From: Candidatus Poribacteria bacterium
Lineage (GTDB): Bacteria > Poribacteria > WGA-4E > WGA-3G
Assembly: GCA_965242965.1 (NCBI GenBank)
Contig: OZ251518.1
Location: 736,001-800,000 of the forward strand
DNA: 64,000 nt
Direction of reading: 5' to 3'
Shown: in pieces, positions 20,571 to 31,289 of the stretch
Layout: every line of letters begins with the position of its first letter
How positions within the stretch are numbered: the stretch's first letter is position 1
Translations under genes and position numbers: made by a program
Notes under the pieces: model-generated
Seen by the model: only the letters and a program-made list of their open reading frames with translations
Databases searched by the model: none
Told to the model about the DNA's origin: nothing

Positions 20571-23500
20571 ATGAAACAGACTTTTAAAACCAGTATCCAC
20601 AATTGTTTAACATCCCTGTGCATTGCAGGTATTATCACCGCGTTGGCTCTCCCGATGCCGACGCACGCCCAAGAAATAATAGAGAGCCCCACCATCAGTG
20701 CTATTCGCATCTATACCCCGAAAAACGGGGTTACCGTGGCGGTCAGCGACACAAATGAGTTAATTGCAAGTGGCGATGAAACCGAGGAGTCTCCAGTTGA
20801 CGAGGTAACCGAGAATACCTACATCACTGTCGGCACAGACATCTGGATTGAGGTAGTCTTTGACCCGGGCATCGATGCCGCTACCGCAATGCCTGTGGGG
20901 GATGCTGAGCCCGAAATTGACGCAGCGGCGGCAGCAATAGGAATGAGACTAGACCGGGGTGGTCCCGTCGATTCCGTGCGCGGACGCGACTATCTGAAAC
21001 CCGCGGTGCCTTATCCCAATAAACCTAAACCAGGAGAAAGTGACCCGAATCCTGTCTATACCAGCATCTTCTACAAATACACGGTTCAGGAAGGGGATTT
21101 GGATTTGGATGGCGGCTGGTTTGACGAAACCCCCTTTCAGGGAGGAAAACTCTACACTGAGGACAGTAGCGATCCCCTGGAGCTAAAACCTATTGACTTT
21201 GACAGCGGCGAACAACTTGCTAATTTCACTGAAACTGTCATCTACCCCAAAATCGCCGCTGTGCCTACCGAGATTACCGATATTAGAATCTACACCGGTG
21301 ATGTTCAGGTTGATGATAAGGGACAGCGGATAACGGATCCCAACACCGGCACCGAGATAATCAATGAGGATACCACCGTAGGCGTTGACGAACATATCTG
21401 GATTGAGATAGCGTTTAACATTCCAATCCATTCAACGAATGCCGCCATCCGCGCAGCGTTTGACAGGGGCGGGCCCAATAACGAGGATCCAGCCCGGGGA
21501 CGCGGCTTTCTCGGTCTGGACTCAGAAAAGGGGCATGATTACACCAAAACGGTTGCTGGAGGCTATCCTACCCTTCTCTACAAATACACTGTGCAAGAAG
21601 GAGACATGGATCTGGATGGCGGTTGGATGGACGAAACCCCTTTTGAGTGGGACAAGATGCGATTCGGCGGCGTTACTGATAAGACTTATAGGGAGAATCC
21701 CACTGATTTTACGCGGCATGGAAGCGGCGTTTTGCTGCCGCCCTACACGAAACGTATTTGGTATCCTACAATTGACGGCACCGCTGCTTTTGATGGCATC
21801 ATCGATTTAAGCGGGACGATTTTCAAGAACGATTTCCTTGTTGTGCATCCCTTCTCTCTTGACACGGGCGGCCTGGAAATTCTCGCCGCCCAGAGTTTAG
21901 AAACCGACGGTGAGTGGGAGAATTTAGAGGTATTTTTCCGCAACAGCGGCACGATTGAACTTCTCGCGCCACAAGGGTTGGGGATAAAGGAACGCGCCGT
22001 AGTCATCAGCGAAGTAATGTGGGGACTCGATGCCGCCGCCACGCCGGAGACAGCCAGCCAATGGATTGAGCTCTATAACATGGGTTTCGCGGGGACAGGG
22101 AATACCCTCTCTCTTGGTGAGTGGAAACTGCACTTTGTCAAAGGCGATTTTATCGTCCGTTCGGAAGTGAGCCTAAGTAGTGGAGACTACGATGTCATCG
22201 ATCAGGTGAGTAATGCGGGGTTCGGGTGGAATAGTTTCGTTGGGAATGTGCCTGGGCAGAATGGGCGTAGCGAGCGCGGTGAGTTGAACAATCAAGATGT
22301 CAAAGCCATCATTTCCATGTATCGTGAAATTGATTATGATACCGCTAGTCGCGCAAATGCAACCGATGACGATAAGTTCACGGCGGCGAAAGATGGCACG
22401 AACGGTGCGAATTGGAGTGCGGCTGCGCCACCCTCGAAGAACCTCGCCGACCCGAGAGTCGGCACCCCTGGTGACATTCCTCCGCCGCAGCCGGTGTTTG
22501 ACGCGACCCCTGTCCCGCGCACACCCGTTATCTTCAACGAAATCGGCAACGCGAACGGCAGCGACGGCGATTGGATAGAACTCCGCAACGTTACCAACCG
22601 AGAGGTAAACGTCGGCAAGTGGGAGATTAGCCTGCTGAACGCGAATAAGAGGGATGTCCGATTGGCAGTGATCCCCGAAGGCGAAGAGTTTGTCATCCCG
22701 GCGAGAGGTGTGTTGCTCATCGTGGCCACGCCGCCCGAAGAAAGTAGGCTCGCGCGCGGCATCGAATTCGGCGTTGAAGCACGAGATATTGAGCGCGCCG
22801 GCCTCGCGCACCTGTATCACGTCGCCGATGAATCAGACGATGAGTTGGCTCTTCCTGACTCTGGCAAATACCTCCTCATTCTCCGCAGCGAGAGCGATAA
22901 GCGCGCCACGCATGAAGCCATTATTGATGTTGCCGGAAATTACTTTGAGGACAAGGACGCGGACACTTACCGCACAAAGGTCTGGCCACTCCACGGCACC
23001 CTCGCTCCAAGAACTAACGACAAGGAAGAGGATTTGGATGCCCCCACCGTCTGGCGGCGCGCCAACCCGAATAGGGTGGGATACCACAAAGATGCTTGGA
23101 GAGAAGCGGCATGGACAGGACTCGGCTACGATAGAGCCGTCAAAGATACCCGCGCCAATGGCGGCACACCCGGGTATCCCAACGATGCCATTAAGAATCG
23201 AACCACCGAATTTGCAAACGATGTCTACGTCACTATCAGCGAGATTATGTTTGCTTCTGGCGATGGCAAATTGCCGCAGTGGATCGAACTCTATAACAGT
23301 TCCGAAACGCAGGCTGTCAACTTGAAGGACTGGCGATTGGACATTGAGAATTATGATTCTGAAGATTTGGGCTATCGGTTGAACGCCACACTCATCTTGG
23401 GTGAGAAGACGCTTTATCCGAACCAGACGCTTCTCATCGTCTCCCGCCGCGGGCAAAACTCCGAGGCGGATCACTTCCCCAATGAACGCATCTATAACTT

Positions 23501-24236
23501 ATGGGCAAATGCGGCACATCGCAAAGAACTACAGATGGTAAACCAGCGAGATCCGGTGCTGAGTGAAGTCGGTTTTTCGCTGCGGCTGAGCGATAGCAAG
23601 CAGGTGCCGATAGATGTCGTGGGCAATCTTGATGGCAATAAGCGCACCCGTAATGATAAACCCACGTGGGATTTGCCATCTGGTTGGACCAAGGATGACG
23701 AACGCCAGTCGATGATTCGCCGGTATGTGCAAGGCACGCGTGTCGCGCTAGATGGCACGGAGCCGGATGGATGGATACCCGCCGGTGCCACAAAGTTCCG
23801 GTATGTGCCGCTGTCCTATTACTACGGGCATGTTGACGACTTAGGCACACCTCTGTTCCGCAGTGGCGGGCCCTTGCCCGTTGAATTGGAGCACTTCGGC
23901 GTTTCGAGATGGACCTCAGACGGCGTGGTGATAACCTGGGCAACCGCATCGGAGATGGATAATGCCGGTTTCAACATTCTGCGACGCGAGGGACTTGAAG
24001 GCGTATTCCGCGTGGTGACACCGGTGTTGATTCCGGGTGCAGGCACGACAGGCGAGCGTAGCACCTATACCTTCACCGATAACACCGCCAAGGCTGGCGT
24101 GCTTTACTTCTATCAAATCGAAGATGTCTCCTTTGACGGCATGCATCAGGTATTAGCGACGCGTCGAATGAAAGGGCATGTCACGCCTGCGCATCGCGCG
24201 GTTACCACCTTCGGGGAAGTCAAGAAAGGGAATTGA
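20571..24236 (+). CDS. Secreted lamin-tail-domain protein with a duplicated N-terminal domain
   Basis: SD AAGGAG upstream; signal peptide ending THA-Q; motif YKYTVQEGDxDLDGGW twice; three LTD motifs (ISEVMW, FNEIGN, ISEIMF); C-terminal PLPVEL..W.TASE.DNAGFNI domain and TTFGEVK tail. Confidence 0.85.
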   Translation: MKQTFKTSIHNCLTSLCIAGIITALALPMPTHAQEIIESPTISAIRIYTPKNGVTVAVSDTNELIASGDETEESPVDEVTENTYITVGTDIWIEVVFDPGIDAATAMPVGDAEPEIDAAAAAIGMRLDRGGPVDSVRGRDYLKPAVPYPNKPKPGESDPNPVYTSIFYKYTVQEGDLDLDGGWFDETPFQGGKLYTEDSSDPLELKPIDFDSGEQLANFTETVIYPKIAAVPTEITDIRIYTGDVQVDDKGQRITDPNTGTEIINEDTTVGVDEHIWIEIAFNIPIHSTNAAIRAAFDRGGPNNEDPARGRGFLGLDSEKGHDYTKTVAGGYPTLLYKYTVQEGDMDLDGGWMDETPFEWDKMRFGGVTDKTYRENPTDFTRHGSGVLLPPYTKRIWYPTIDGTAAFDGIIDLSGTIFKNDFLVVHPFSLDTGGLEILAAQSLETDGEWENLEVFFRNSGTIELLAPQGLGIKERAVVISEVMWGLDAAATPETASQWIELYNMGFAGTGNTLSLGEWKLHFVKGDFIVRSEVSLSSGDYDVIDQVSNAGFGWNSFVGNVPGQNGRSERGELNNQDVKAIISMYREIDYDTASRANATDDDKFTAAKDGTNGANWSAAAPPSKNLADPRVGTPGDIPPPQPVFDATPVPRTPVIFNEIGNANGSDGDWIELRNVTNREVNVGKWEISLLNANKRDVRLAVIPEGEEFVIPARGVLLIVATPPEESRLARGIEFGVEARDIERAGLAHLYHVADESDDELALPDSGKYLLILRSESDKRATHEAIIDVAGNYFEDKDADTYRTKVWPLHGTLAPRTNDKEEDLDAPTVWRRANPNRVGYHKDAWREAAWTGLGYDRAVKDTRANGGTPGYPNDAIKNRTTEFANDVYVTISEIMFASGDGKLPQWIELYNSSETQAVNLKDWRLDIENYDSEDLGYRLNATLILGEKTLYPNQTLLIVSRRGQNSEADHFPNERIYNLWANAAHRKELQMVNQRDPVLSEVGFSLRLSDSKQVPIDVVGNLDGNKRTRNDKPTWDLPSGWTKDDERQSMIRRYVQGTRVALDGTEPDGWIPAGATKFRYVPLSYYYGHVDDLGTPLFRSGGPLPVELEHFGVSRWTSDGVVITWATASEMDNAGFNILRREGLEGVFRVVTPVLIPGAGTTGERSTYTFTDNTAKAGVLYFYQIEDVSFDGMHQVLATRRMKGHVTPAHRAVTTFGEVKKGN

Positions 24237-24266
24237 GTCCTGTGCTACAGTCTGGTAGGCTGAGTG

Positions 24267-24806
24267 CTCGCGGGGGACAGGCCCCCGCGCTATTGATAGG
24301 TTGAGCCATCGCGGGGGACAGGCCCCCGCGCTACGGTGTAGAGAGCGATTCTCTCCTATAGGGGATGGCCGGTTACCGTAGCGCGAGGGCCTGTCCCTCG
24401 CGATCTCCATCGTTAAGAGATGGCGTTTTAGGTCCTTTAGGACCTAAGAGACGTTTTTTTCGTAATGCGGGGGCCCTCGGATGCCACACGTGCATCCGAG
24501 TGGGTTTCCCCCGCGATCGTTGGAGTGCGCGGACGATGGCGAGGGACAGGCCCTCGCCCTACGATGAATACCGTTTTTTTTTTTTTCGTTTTCCCCTCTC
24601 TGTAGTTTGTGATCGCCTGATCACAAACGGGTCAAGATCAGGCGATCTTGACCTACAGGGCCTGGCGCGTGCATGAACGATGGCGAGGGACAGGCCCTCG
24701 CCCTACGATGAAGGGGGGCTTTCTGCCGCCGCGCCCCCAGTAGGAGAGACCTCCCGGTCTCGATTTCTGCCGGGCGATCGCGGGGGACAGGCCCCCGCGC
24801 TACGGT
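24267..24806. repeat. REP palindrome cluster
   Basis: GTAG-led palindromes in both orientations. Confidence 0.9.
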
Positions 24807-24848
24807 GTAAAAAACATTGCACCCTCTCTCCAAAACACAACAAAAAAA

Positions 24849-24877
24849 TTGCCAAAAACGTTGAAATATGCTATAAT
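24849..24877 (+). promoter_or_regulatory. Sigma70-type promoter, probably leaderless transcript
   Basis: TTGCCA-17 bp-TATAAT with TG extension; ATG begins 7 nt after the -10 box; no SD. Confidence 0.7.
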
Positions 24878-24883
24878 AGTCTC

Positions 24884-25249
24884 ATGAAAGACTTTTTACT
24901 TCTCTTTTTCAACGTTTTATTAACTGTCATAGGGCAAATCTTGTTCAAACAGGGGATGAACTTGGTTGGCCGTATCGACAACGTTCGGAACGCACTCCCG
25001 AAACTAACGCAGGCGTTCCTGAACCCCTATATCCTCAGCGGCATCGCGATATATGGGTTCACGACACTCGTCTGGCTAGTAATTCTGTCCCGCGTCAAAC
25101 TCAGCATCGCCTATCCAATGCTGAGCTCCGGGTATGTGCTGTCCATCTTGTTTTCGTGGTTGCTTTTCAAAGAGTCCATCCCCAGAGTCCGCGTCATTGG
25201 TGCCCTGGTGATATGCATCGGTGTTTACCTCGTAGCGCAAGGAGATTAA
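24884..25249 (+). CDS. EamA/SMR-like small 4-TM transporter (ArnE/F-like)
   Basis: GQILFKQG...WL..LSRV.LSIAYP.LS.GYV pattern. The longer ORF-track start is REP-derived. Confidence 0.8.
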   Translation: MKDFLLLFFNVLLTVIGQILFKQGMNLVGRIDNVRNALPKLTQAFLNPYILSGIAIYGFTTLVWLVILSRVKLSIAYPMLSSGYVLSILFSWLLFKESIPRVRVIGALVICIGVYLVAQGD

Positions 25250-25255
25250 CGAGAA

Positions 25256-27034
25256 ATGCCTGTTAAACCGGTGCCCCGTTCAACCGGCAGTTGCTTCATC
25301 GCCTCATGTTTATCGGCGATGCTGCCAGGGCTTGGACAACTCTACTTGTCACAATTCGTGAAAGGCGCGGTGTTGCTCTTTGTTTTCGGCACCGCCGCCG
25401 GGCTCTTCTACATCAATTCGCTACCCGTGACAGAATGGCGCGATTTATTGCGATTCCAACCTCCCCCAGTAGCCGAGACCTCGGGGGAAGCCGATGACGA
25501 GCCAGAGGAGACTGGCTACGCCATTCACCTCTGGACGTTTGACGATGGCGAAAAGTTGATGTTTCGGCCCCTCTGGTATCTGAAGATCAGCGCGCTCATT
25601 CAGGCTGGGCTCTGTTGGCTGTATGCTGTCCTCAATGTATGGAGCGGACGGAGCGGTGATCCCGGTGAACCGCGACAGCGCGGGCGCGCCTACCTCATCC
25701 CTATTTTAATGTGTCTCGCCGTATTCGCGCTCGGCTGCCAAGATATGGGAAACCGAGGGCTCGGAAAGGCAGAAAAACTTCTGCAAACCGGGATGTCGCA
25801 GGAAGCCGCTGATCAGTTAGAGGCGTTCATTGCAGCCCAACCAGAACATCCAAAGGCACGAATGTTGCTCGGTGAGGCTTACGATGAACTGGGCCGCTAT
25901 AACGATGCGCTGGAGCAGTTCCGGATGGCATCGCAACTTTATGTGGCGCAACCGACGGAACGGGTGGAAGCGCGCTTGCGTTTGGCACGCACCTACCTCA
26001 AGTTCGGCGATAGAGACTCCGCTTTTCAGGTTCTCCGGCTCATCCTACACGGCACATCAGATGCCGATGTCTTGCGCGATATCACGTCCCTCGTCGGTGA
26101 TAGTTACCGGGCGAAGCAGTTGACTCACGGCGACTCCGACAACTATTCGCCTACCTTTTCGCCGGACGGCACACAGATTGCCTTCGCATCGTTCCGGCTG
26201 GACAACGGCGAAATCTATCTGATGGATTTAAACGGGCGCATCCGCAAGCGCGTCACCTTCACCACCGATTTTAACGATAGTTCGCCGGCGTTCCTGAAAG
26301 CACCCAACCATCTCTTCTATAGCAGTGCGCCGAAGTCTTCACGGGAAGTGAAGGTGCTTCTCCAGAGCAGCGGCTCAACGCCGATTTATTCCGCGTTTAA
26401 CGTGACGCACATTCATAGTAAGGTGACCCGGGCCGTTTTGCCGATGAGTTTCGGTGCGCGTGTGCCGCGCGCATCCCCTACCGCAAATCAGGTAGTTTAC
26501 GAATCGAACGCCGATGGCAACCTTGAGTTGTATCTGCTTAATCTAGATGGGCTTGACCTGGGTAAAATCACCCCCGAGCAAGTTCAGCCGAAACGCATCA
26601 CTATCAACGAAAGGGACGATGGCAGTCCGGCATTCTTTCCCGATGGCAAGCGAATTATCTTTGTCTCCTCAAGGAATGAGTCCCCAGGAAATGAGGTCTA
26701 CCAACTCTACACGATAGACATTGATGGGAAAAACGAGAGGCATTTCAACCCGAACCGTTACGATTGCTATAATCCCACCGTATCCCCCGATGGCAAGACG
26801 ATTGCGTATGTCTGGGCGCGGGATGGTGACATGGAGATTTACCTCATCGATGCCGATGGCAAGAATGCGCGGCGGGTAACTGGCGATATCGGTGTATCCA
26901 TTCATCCTGCCTTCTCGCCTGATGGCCGCCACCTCGCTTTCGTTTCAGATAGAAGTGATACGTTTCACATCTACCTGATGTCATTTGATGAACCTGTCAC
27001 ACGTGAGGAGTTAGTCGCGCGGTTGCAACGGTAA
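25256..27034 (+). CDS. Membrane-anchored TPR + TolB-like (PD40) beta-propeller protein
   Basis: N-terminal TM segments, TPR helices (ARMLLGEAYDELGRYNDALEQF), repeated P.FSPDG..IAF motifs. Confidence 0.85.
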   Translation: MPVKPVPRSTGSCFIASCLSAMLPGLGQLYLSQFVKGAVLLFVFGTAAGLFYINSLPVTEWRDLLRFQPPPVAETSGEADDEPEETGYAIHLWTFDDGEKLMFRPLWYLKISALIQAGLCWLYAVLNVWSGRSGDPGEPRQRGRAYLIPILMCLAVFALGCQDMGNRGLGKAEKLLQTGMSQEAADQLEAFIAAQPEHPKARMLLGEAYDELGRYNDALEQFRMASQLYVAQPTERVEARLRLARTYLKFGDRDSAFQVLRLILHGTSDADVLRDITSLVGDSYRAKQLTHGDSDNYSPTFSPDGTQIAFASFRLDNGEIYLMDLNGRIRKRVTFTTDFNDSSPAFLKAPNHLFYSSAPKSSREVKVLLQSSGSTPIYSAFNVTHIHSKVTRAVLPMSFGARVPRASPTANQVVYESNADGNLELYLLNLDGLDLGKITPEQVQPKRITINERDDGSPAFFPDGKRIIFVSSRNESPGNEVYQLYTIDIDGKNERHFNPNRYDCYNPTVSPDGKTIAYVWARDGDMEIYLIDADGKNARRVTGDIGVSIHPAFSPDGRHLAFVSDRSDTFHIYLMSFDEPVTREELVARLQR

Positions 27035-27056
27035 TTCACACATCGCTCCCAGTATC

Positions 27057-27730
27057 TGTAGTTCGGGAGCGCCCGCTCCCGAACGGGTCAGGATCAGGCG
27101 ATCCTGAACTACAGGGGGGATGCGGTCTGCTGGCAAAACGATGGCGAGGGACAGGCCCTCGCCCTACGGTGTAGGGGCGGCGTTTTTTCCCGTAGCGCGG
27201 GGGCCTGTCCCCCGCGATGGTTCAAGAACCGTTTTTTATCGTAGCGCGGGGGCCTGTCCCCCGCGATCGTTGGAGTGCGCGGACGATGTCGAGACCAGGA
27301 GGTCTCTCCTATCGGGGACATCGTCAAGCGACGTTTTTCCCGTAGCGCGAGCGATGGCGAGGGACAGGCCCTCGCCCTACGGTGAAGGGGATGCGTTTTT
27401 TTATCGTAGCGCGGGGGCCTGTCCCCCGCGATTGTTGGAGTGCGCGTGCATGCAGCATGGCGAGGGACAGGCCCTCGCCCTACGTGAAAGGGCGGCGTTT
27501 TTTTCACCGTTACCAGAAGGCATCGGGCCCACTGTAGTTCGGGAGCACCTGCTCCCGAACGGGTCAGGATCAGGCGATCCTGAACTACAGAGGGGATGCG
27601 GTCTGCTGGCAAAACGATGGCGAGGGACAGGCCCTCGCCCTACGGTGAAGTACCGTTTTTTTCAAGAGAAAGAGCGACGTTTTTCCCGTAGCGCGAGCGA
27701 TGGCGAGGGACAGGCCCTCGCCCTACGGTG
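27057..27730. repeat. REP palindrome cluster
   Basis: Repeated ATGGCGAGGGACAGGCCCTCGCCCTAC and GTAGTTCGGGA...TCCCGAAC units. Confidence 0.9.
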
Positions 27731-27768
27731 AAGTACCGTTTTTTTTTTCGGATAAACAGGAACCAAAA

Positions 27769-28740
27769 ATGCCAAACATGATTCGCGTAACAAAACCCGA
27801 AGGATTCGGCAACATCCAACTCGAAGAAGTGCCGATACCCCCAATAACCGCGCGCCAACTCCGCGTCAAAACCGATACGACGTTAATTAGCCGCGGCTCT
27901 GAACTCTTTCGGCGATACATCCGCGAAGAGGCTGTCTCTCCCGCAATTATGGGATATTCCCTCACCGGCGTAGTGAACGAAATCGGTGCCGAGGTAACAG
28001 GCTATCACGTCGGCGCGCGCGTCATGGCGGTGGCACCGCACGCGCAATATGCCATCGCAGAACCTAATGATACCGATGGCCGCATCGTCCCCCTTCCCGA
28101 CGATGTCTCCTTTGAAGAGGGGACATTTTTGCCGCTGGCGACAAGCGCAGTCGCTTGGGCTGATTCGTCCGGTGTGAAGCCCGGCGATACCGTCGTTATT
28201 TTAGGACAAGGCTTAGTCGGCAGCCTGATGCTGCAAGTCATGCGCGGTTATCAGCCGGCGCGTATTATCACCGTTGACGCGCTCCCGTTCCGCTGTGAGA
28301 TGTCGCTTAAACTCGGCGCGGATGCCACTGTTAACGCTAGTGACGAATCCCCAGTTCAAGCTGTGCGTCGCCTCACCGATGGAAAAGGCGCGGAATTAGT
28401 CATAGACTGCGTCGGTGGTTACGCCGGTGTCAAATCGTTTCCGCAGGCACAGGAAATGACGCGGCGAATGGGCACAATCCAACTCATCGCGCTTTATCAG
28501 CAAGCACCGCTTACGTTAGATGCGTCAAAGATGATGAGCAAACGTCTCGTCGCCGGTATCTTGACAGAGGAACCGCGTTCACAAATTGCGGCGCGTGCCT
28601 TGCGGAAAATCCAGAACGGCGAAATCCGTGCCGCCGAGATGATCACGCATCGGTTTCACTACACCGAAGCGAAAGCGGCGTTTGACTTACTCTGGAACTC
28701 ACCCGGCGATGCCCTCGGAGTCCTTATCAAATGGGAGTAG
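27769..28740 (+). CDS. Medium-chain (zinc-binding type) dehydrogenase/reductase
   Basis: ISRGSE, MGYS, Rossmann GQGLVG, ITHRF motifs. Start placed after the REP-derived extension. Confidence 0.85.
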   Translation: MPNMIRVTKPEGFGNIQLEEVPIPPITARQLRVKTDTTLISRGSELFRRYIREEAVSPAIMGYSLTGVVNEIGAEVTGYHVGARVMAVAPHAQYAIAEPNDTDGRIVPLPDDVSFEEGTFLPLATSAVAWADSSGVKPGDTVVILGQGLVGSLMLQVMRGYQPARIITVDALPFRCEMSLKLGADATVNASDESPVQAVRRLTDGKGAELVIDCVGGYAGVKSFPQAQEMTRRMGTIQLIALYQQAPLTLDASKMMSKRLVAGILTEEPRSQIAARALRKIQNGEIRAAEMITHRFHYTEAKAAFDLLWNSPGDALGVLIKWE

Positions 28741-29291
28741 AAGAAATTACATTTGATACCGAATTGCGCGGCATGCCGATGCGTTTTTCAGCAACGTGGG
28801 GACTTTTCTCGCCGAGAGGCATTGACGCTGGCACGCAGTTGCTCATCGAATATCTTGATGTTCGAGAAGGCGATACCTGCCTTGATTTGGGCTGCGGCTA
28901 TGGTGTCATCGGTATTACCATGGCGAAGTGCGCGCCGACAGCGAATGTCTATATGGTGGACAAAGATTTCGTCGCGGTAGACTATGCGCGCAGGAACGTT
29001 AAGCAAAACGGACTTCAGAATTGTCACGTCTTTTTGAGCAATGGGTTTAGCCATCTCCCTGATATCCGGTTTGATGTCATCGCGTCTAATCTGCCTGCGA
29101 ATGTCGGCAAGGAGCTCTTACACATTTTTTTTACCGATGCGAAAACGCGGCTGAAACCGGGTGGTAGGTTTTATGTCGTTACTATCTCTGGGCTTCGTGA
29201 GTTTATCAAGCGACATTTTCGGGACATTTTCGGGAACTATCGCAAACTGAAACAGCGGCACACGCATACGGTTGCGATGGCAGTTGTGTAA
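28731..29291 (+). CDS. Class I SAM-dependent methyltransferase, RsmC/MTS-like
   Basis: GLFS...ID.GT.LL, LDLGCGYG, ASNLP motifs; overlaps the upstream stop. Confidence 0.85.
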   Translation: MGVEEITFDTELRGMPMRFSATWGLFSPRGIDAGTQLLIEYLDVREGDTCLDLGCGYGVIGITMAKCAPTANVYMVDKDFVAVDYARRNVKQNGLQNCHVFLSNGFSHLPDIRFDVIASNLPANVGKELLHIFFTDAKTRLKPGGRFYVVTISGLREFIKRHFRDIFGNYRKLKQRHTHTVAMAVV

Positions 29292-29329
29292 TATAAAATT
29301 CATGGGATTTCCGCAGCCGTTCCGCTATT

Positions 29330-29686
29330 CGTAGGGCGAGGGCCTGTCCCTCGCCATGCTGCGATCGCGGAGGACAGGCCCCCGCGCTACGGTTTGCAAG
29401 GCCGCCTCCGTTTCACCGTAGGGCGAGGGCCTGTCCCTTGCCATGCTGTGATCGCGGGTGCCCCGTTCGGGATCAGGCGATCCCGAACTACAGTGTCTGT
29501 TTCTCGCCATTTGACGCTCGCGGGGGCCTGTCCCCCGCGCTACGGTATCCCGAGCGGCTTCTTTTACCGTAGTGCGAGGGCCTGTCCCTCGCCATGTTTC
29601 GGTGCGCGAAGGCCTCGCGGGGGACAGGCCCCCGCGCTACGTGCGATACCGTATCTGTTCCGTAGTGCGAGGGCCTATCCCTCGCC
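29330..29686. repeat. REP palindrome cluster
   Basis: GTAGGGCGAGGGCCTGTCCCTCGCC and inverse copies. Confidence 0.9.
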
Positions 29687-29707
29687 GTGTGTTTTTTTAT
29701 TCTAAAT

Positions 29708-29736
29708 TTGACATCGGCGGAGATATTGGGTATAAT
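29708..29736 (+). promoter_or_regulatory. Consensus sigma70 promoter
   Basis: TTGACA-17 bp-TATAAT, followed by SD AAGGAG before the ATG at 29785. Confidence 0.85.
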
Positions 29737-29784
29737 TAACGTAGTTCGAAATGCACACCCAACTATACAAAAGGAGACACACTC

Positions 29785-31287
29785 ATGCAATTCGCAAAAT
29801 TTTATCTGCTGTGCTGCTTCGTTACAGTATGGATTGTAGCGATGGCGGCGGCAACGGCACACGCAGCAGACCAGGGGCAAAATGCCTTTCAAAAAATGTC
29901 ACAATACCCGCGAGAACATTGGCATAACATCACCCTCATGGGCACCAAGATCGGCTATATGCATACCTATCGTGGAAACGCCGTTTATCAAGGCGAAGCC
30001 GTACAGCGCAGCAAAGTTGATATGGTGATGAGCCTGAAAGGATTCGGGACAGACGTGAAGATTGAGACGACGCGTCTTGAATACATCGGCGCAGATCTGG
30101 TGCCGCGCTACTTTCTTTCAACCTCTAATGAAGCCGGTTCAAAACAGCTGGAAGGCAGGATTGTAGACGGTGTCGCCTACATCAAGGTGACGCTCAACGG
30201 AGAAACGATGGAAACCGAAACCCCTATCCCACCAGAAACAGTTTCCGAATTCATGTTCGCAGGCGCGCTGTTGTCTCAAAAACCGATTCGCATCGGCGAT
30301 AAAAAGACCTTTCAGGTGTTCAACTCCGATCTCCTCAAAACAGTCAAGACAGAACTTGAAGTCATCGCCGAAGAAACCTTAACCTATCAGGGAGAGGAGA
30401 AACAGGTTTACGTCCTCAAGCAGAAAACCGATGTGATGGGCGGCATTACCGCACAAGTATGGATGGACAGCGATGTGGTAATCTACCGCACCGAAGTGCC
30501 GTTAATGGGACTCTCCATGGCGATGACGAAAACCGACAGAGAAACCGCGCTCGGCGACATTGGAGAGGTTGACATCATTCTGCGAACCCGTATCCTCCCT
30601 GGCGGTAAACGTCCAACGCCGGAAGCAGAACGCCTCGTCGCCTATATCAAACTCACTGAAGGTAGCATCGCCAAAGCGGTGATGTCTACTGCCTTCCAGC
30701 AACTCGCGGTTACCTCGGAACAGGCAGGCACCCTTTCAATTCAGGTGCCGACAATAGATGCAGAGAGTTGTCCTGATTTACCGATTCAGGACGAAGAAAG
30801 CGCGTTTCTCGGTTCAAGTGCCTATATTCAGACAGGCCACCCCGAAATCCACGCGAAGGCAGTCGAAATTTTAGCAGGCGAAACCAATTCATGGCGTGCA
30901 GCAGAACAGTTGTGCAAATGGGTTTACACCGCCATCACCGATAAAACATTGAGCGGCGGCTTCAACTCCTCACTGACAACGTTAGGTTCACGTTCCGGGG
31001 ATTGCACGGAGCATACCGTGCTGTTTATCGCGCTGGCGCGTTCGGTCGGCATTCCAGCACGAATCTGTTCCGGACTCATCTTCTCGCGGGATGCGTTCTA
31101 TTACCACTTCTGGCCCGAGGTCTACGTAGGACGCTGGGTGCAGATGGATCCGACGCTAGGACAGACTCTCGCCGATGCAAATCACATCCAACTCGGTGGT
31201 GGCACTGTGGAGTCGGATACGCTGCTAGAATTCGCGGAAGGTGTCTTTCGGACGCTGAATCAATTGGAAATTGTCGTCATTGAATAA
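29785..31287 (+). CDS. Secreted transglutaminase-like domain protein
   Basis: Signal peptide; GDCTEH...ALARSVGIPAR...YHFWPEVY...W..MDPT Cys-His-Asp triad. Confidence 0.9.
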   Translation: MQFAKFYLLCCFVTVWIVAMAAATAHAADQGQNAFQKMSQYPREHWHNITLMGTKIGYMHTYRGNAVYQGEAVQRSKVDMVMSLKGFGTDVKIETTRLEYIGADLVPRYFLSTSNEAGSKQLEGRIVDGVAYIKVTLNGETMETETPIPPETVSEFMFAGALLSQKPIRIGDKKTFQVFNSDLLKTVKTELEVIAEETLTYQGEEKQVYVLKQKTDVMGGITAQVWMDSDVVIYRTEVPLMGLSMAMTKTDRETALGDIGEVDIILRTRILPGGKRPTPEAERLVAYIKLTEGSIAKAVMSTAFQQLAVTSEQAGTLSIQVPTIDAESCPDLPIQDEESAFLGSSAYIQTGHPEIHAKAVEILAGETNSWRAAEQLCKWVYTAITDKTLSGGFNSSLTTLGSRSGDCTEHTVLFIALARSVGIPARICSGLIFSRDAFYYHFWPEVYVGRWVQMDPTLGQTLADANHIQLGGGTVESDTLLEFAEGVFRTLNQLEIVVIE

Positions 31288-31289
31288 TT

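Noticed and set aside
27109-27768. Short ORFs and N-terminal extensions containing MARDRPSPY, ARGPVPR or RGTGPRPT (also near 24680, 29394, 43134, 46204, 55206, 59132 and 62449)
   Set aside because: They are translations of intergenic REP clusters, with no SD or domain evidence.
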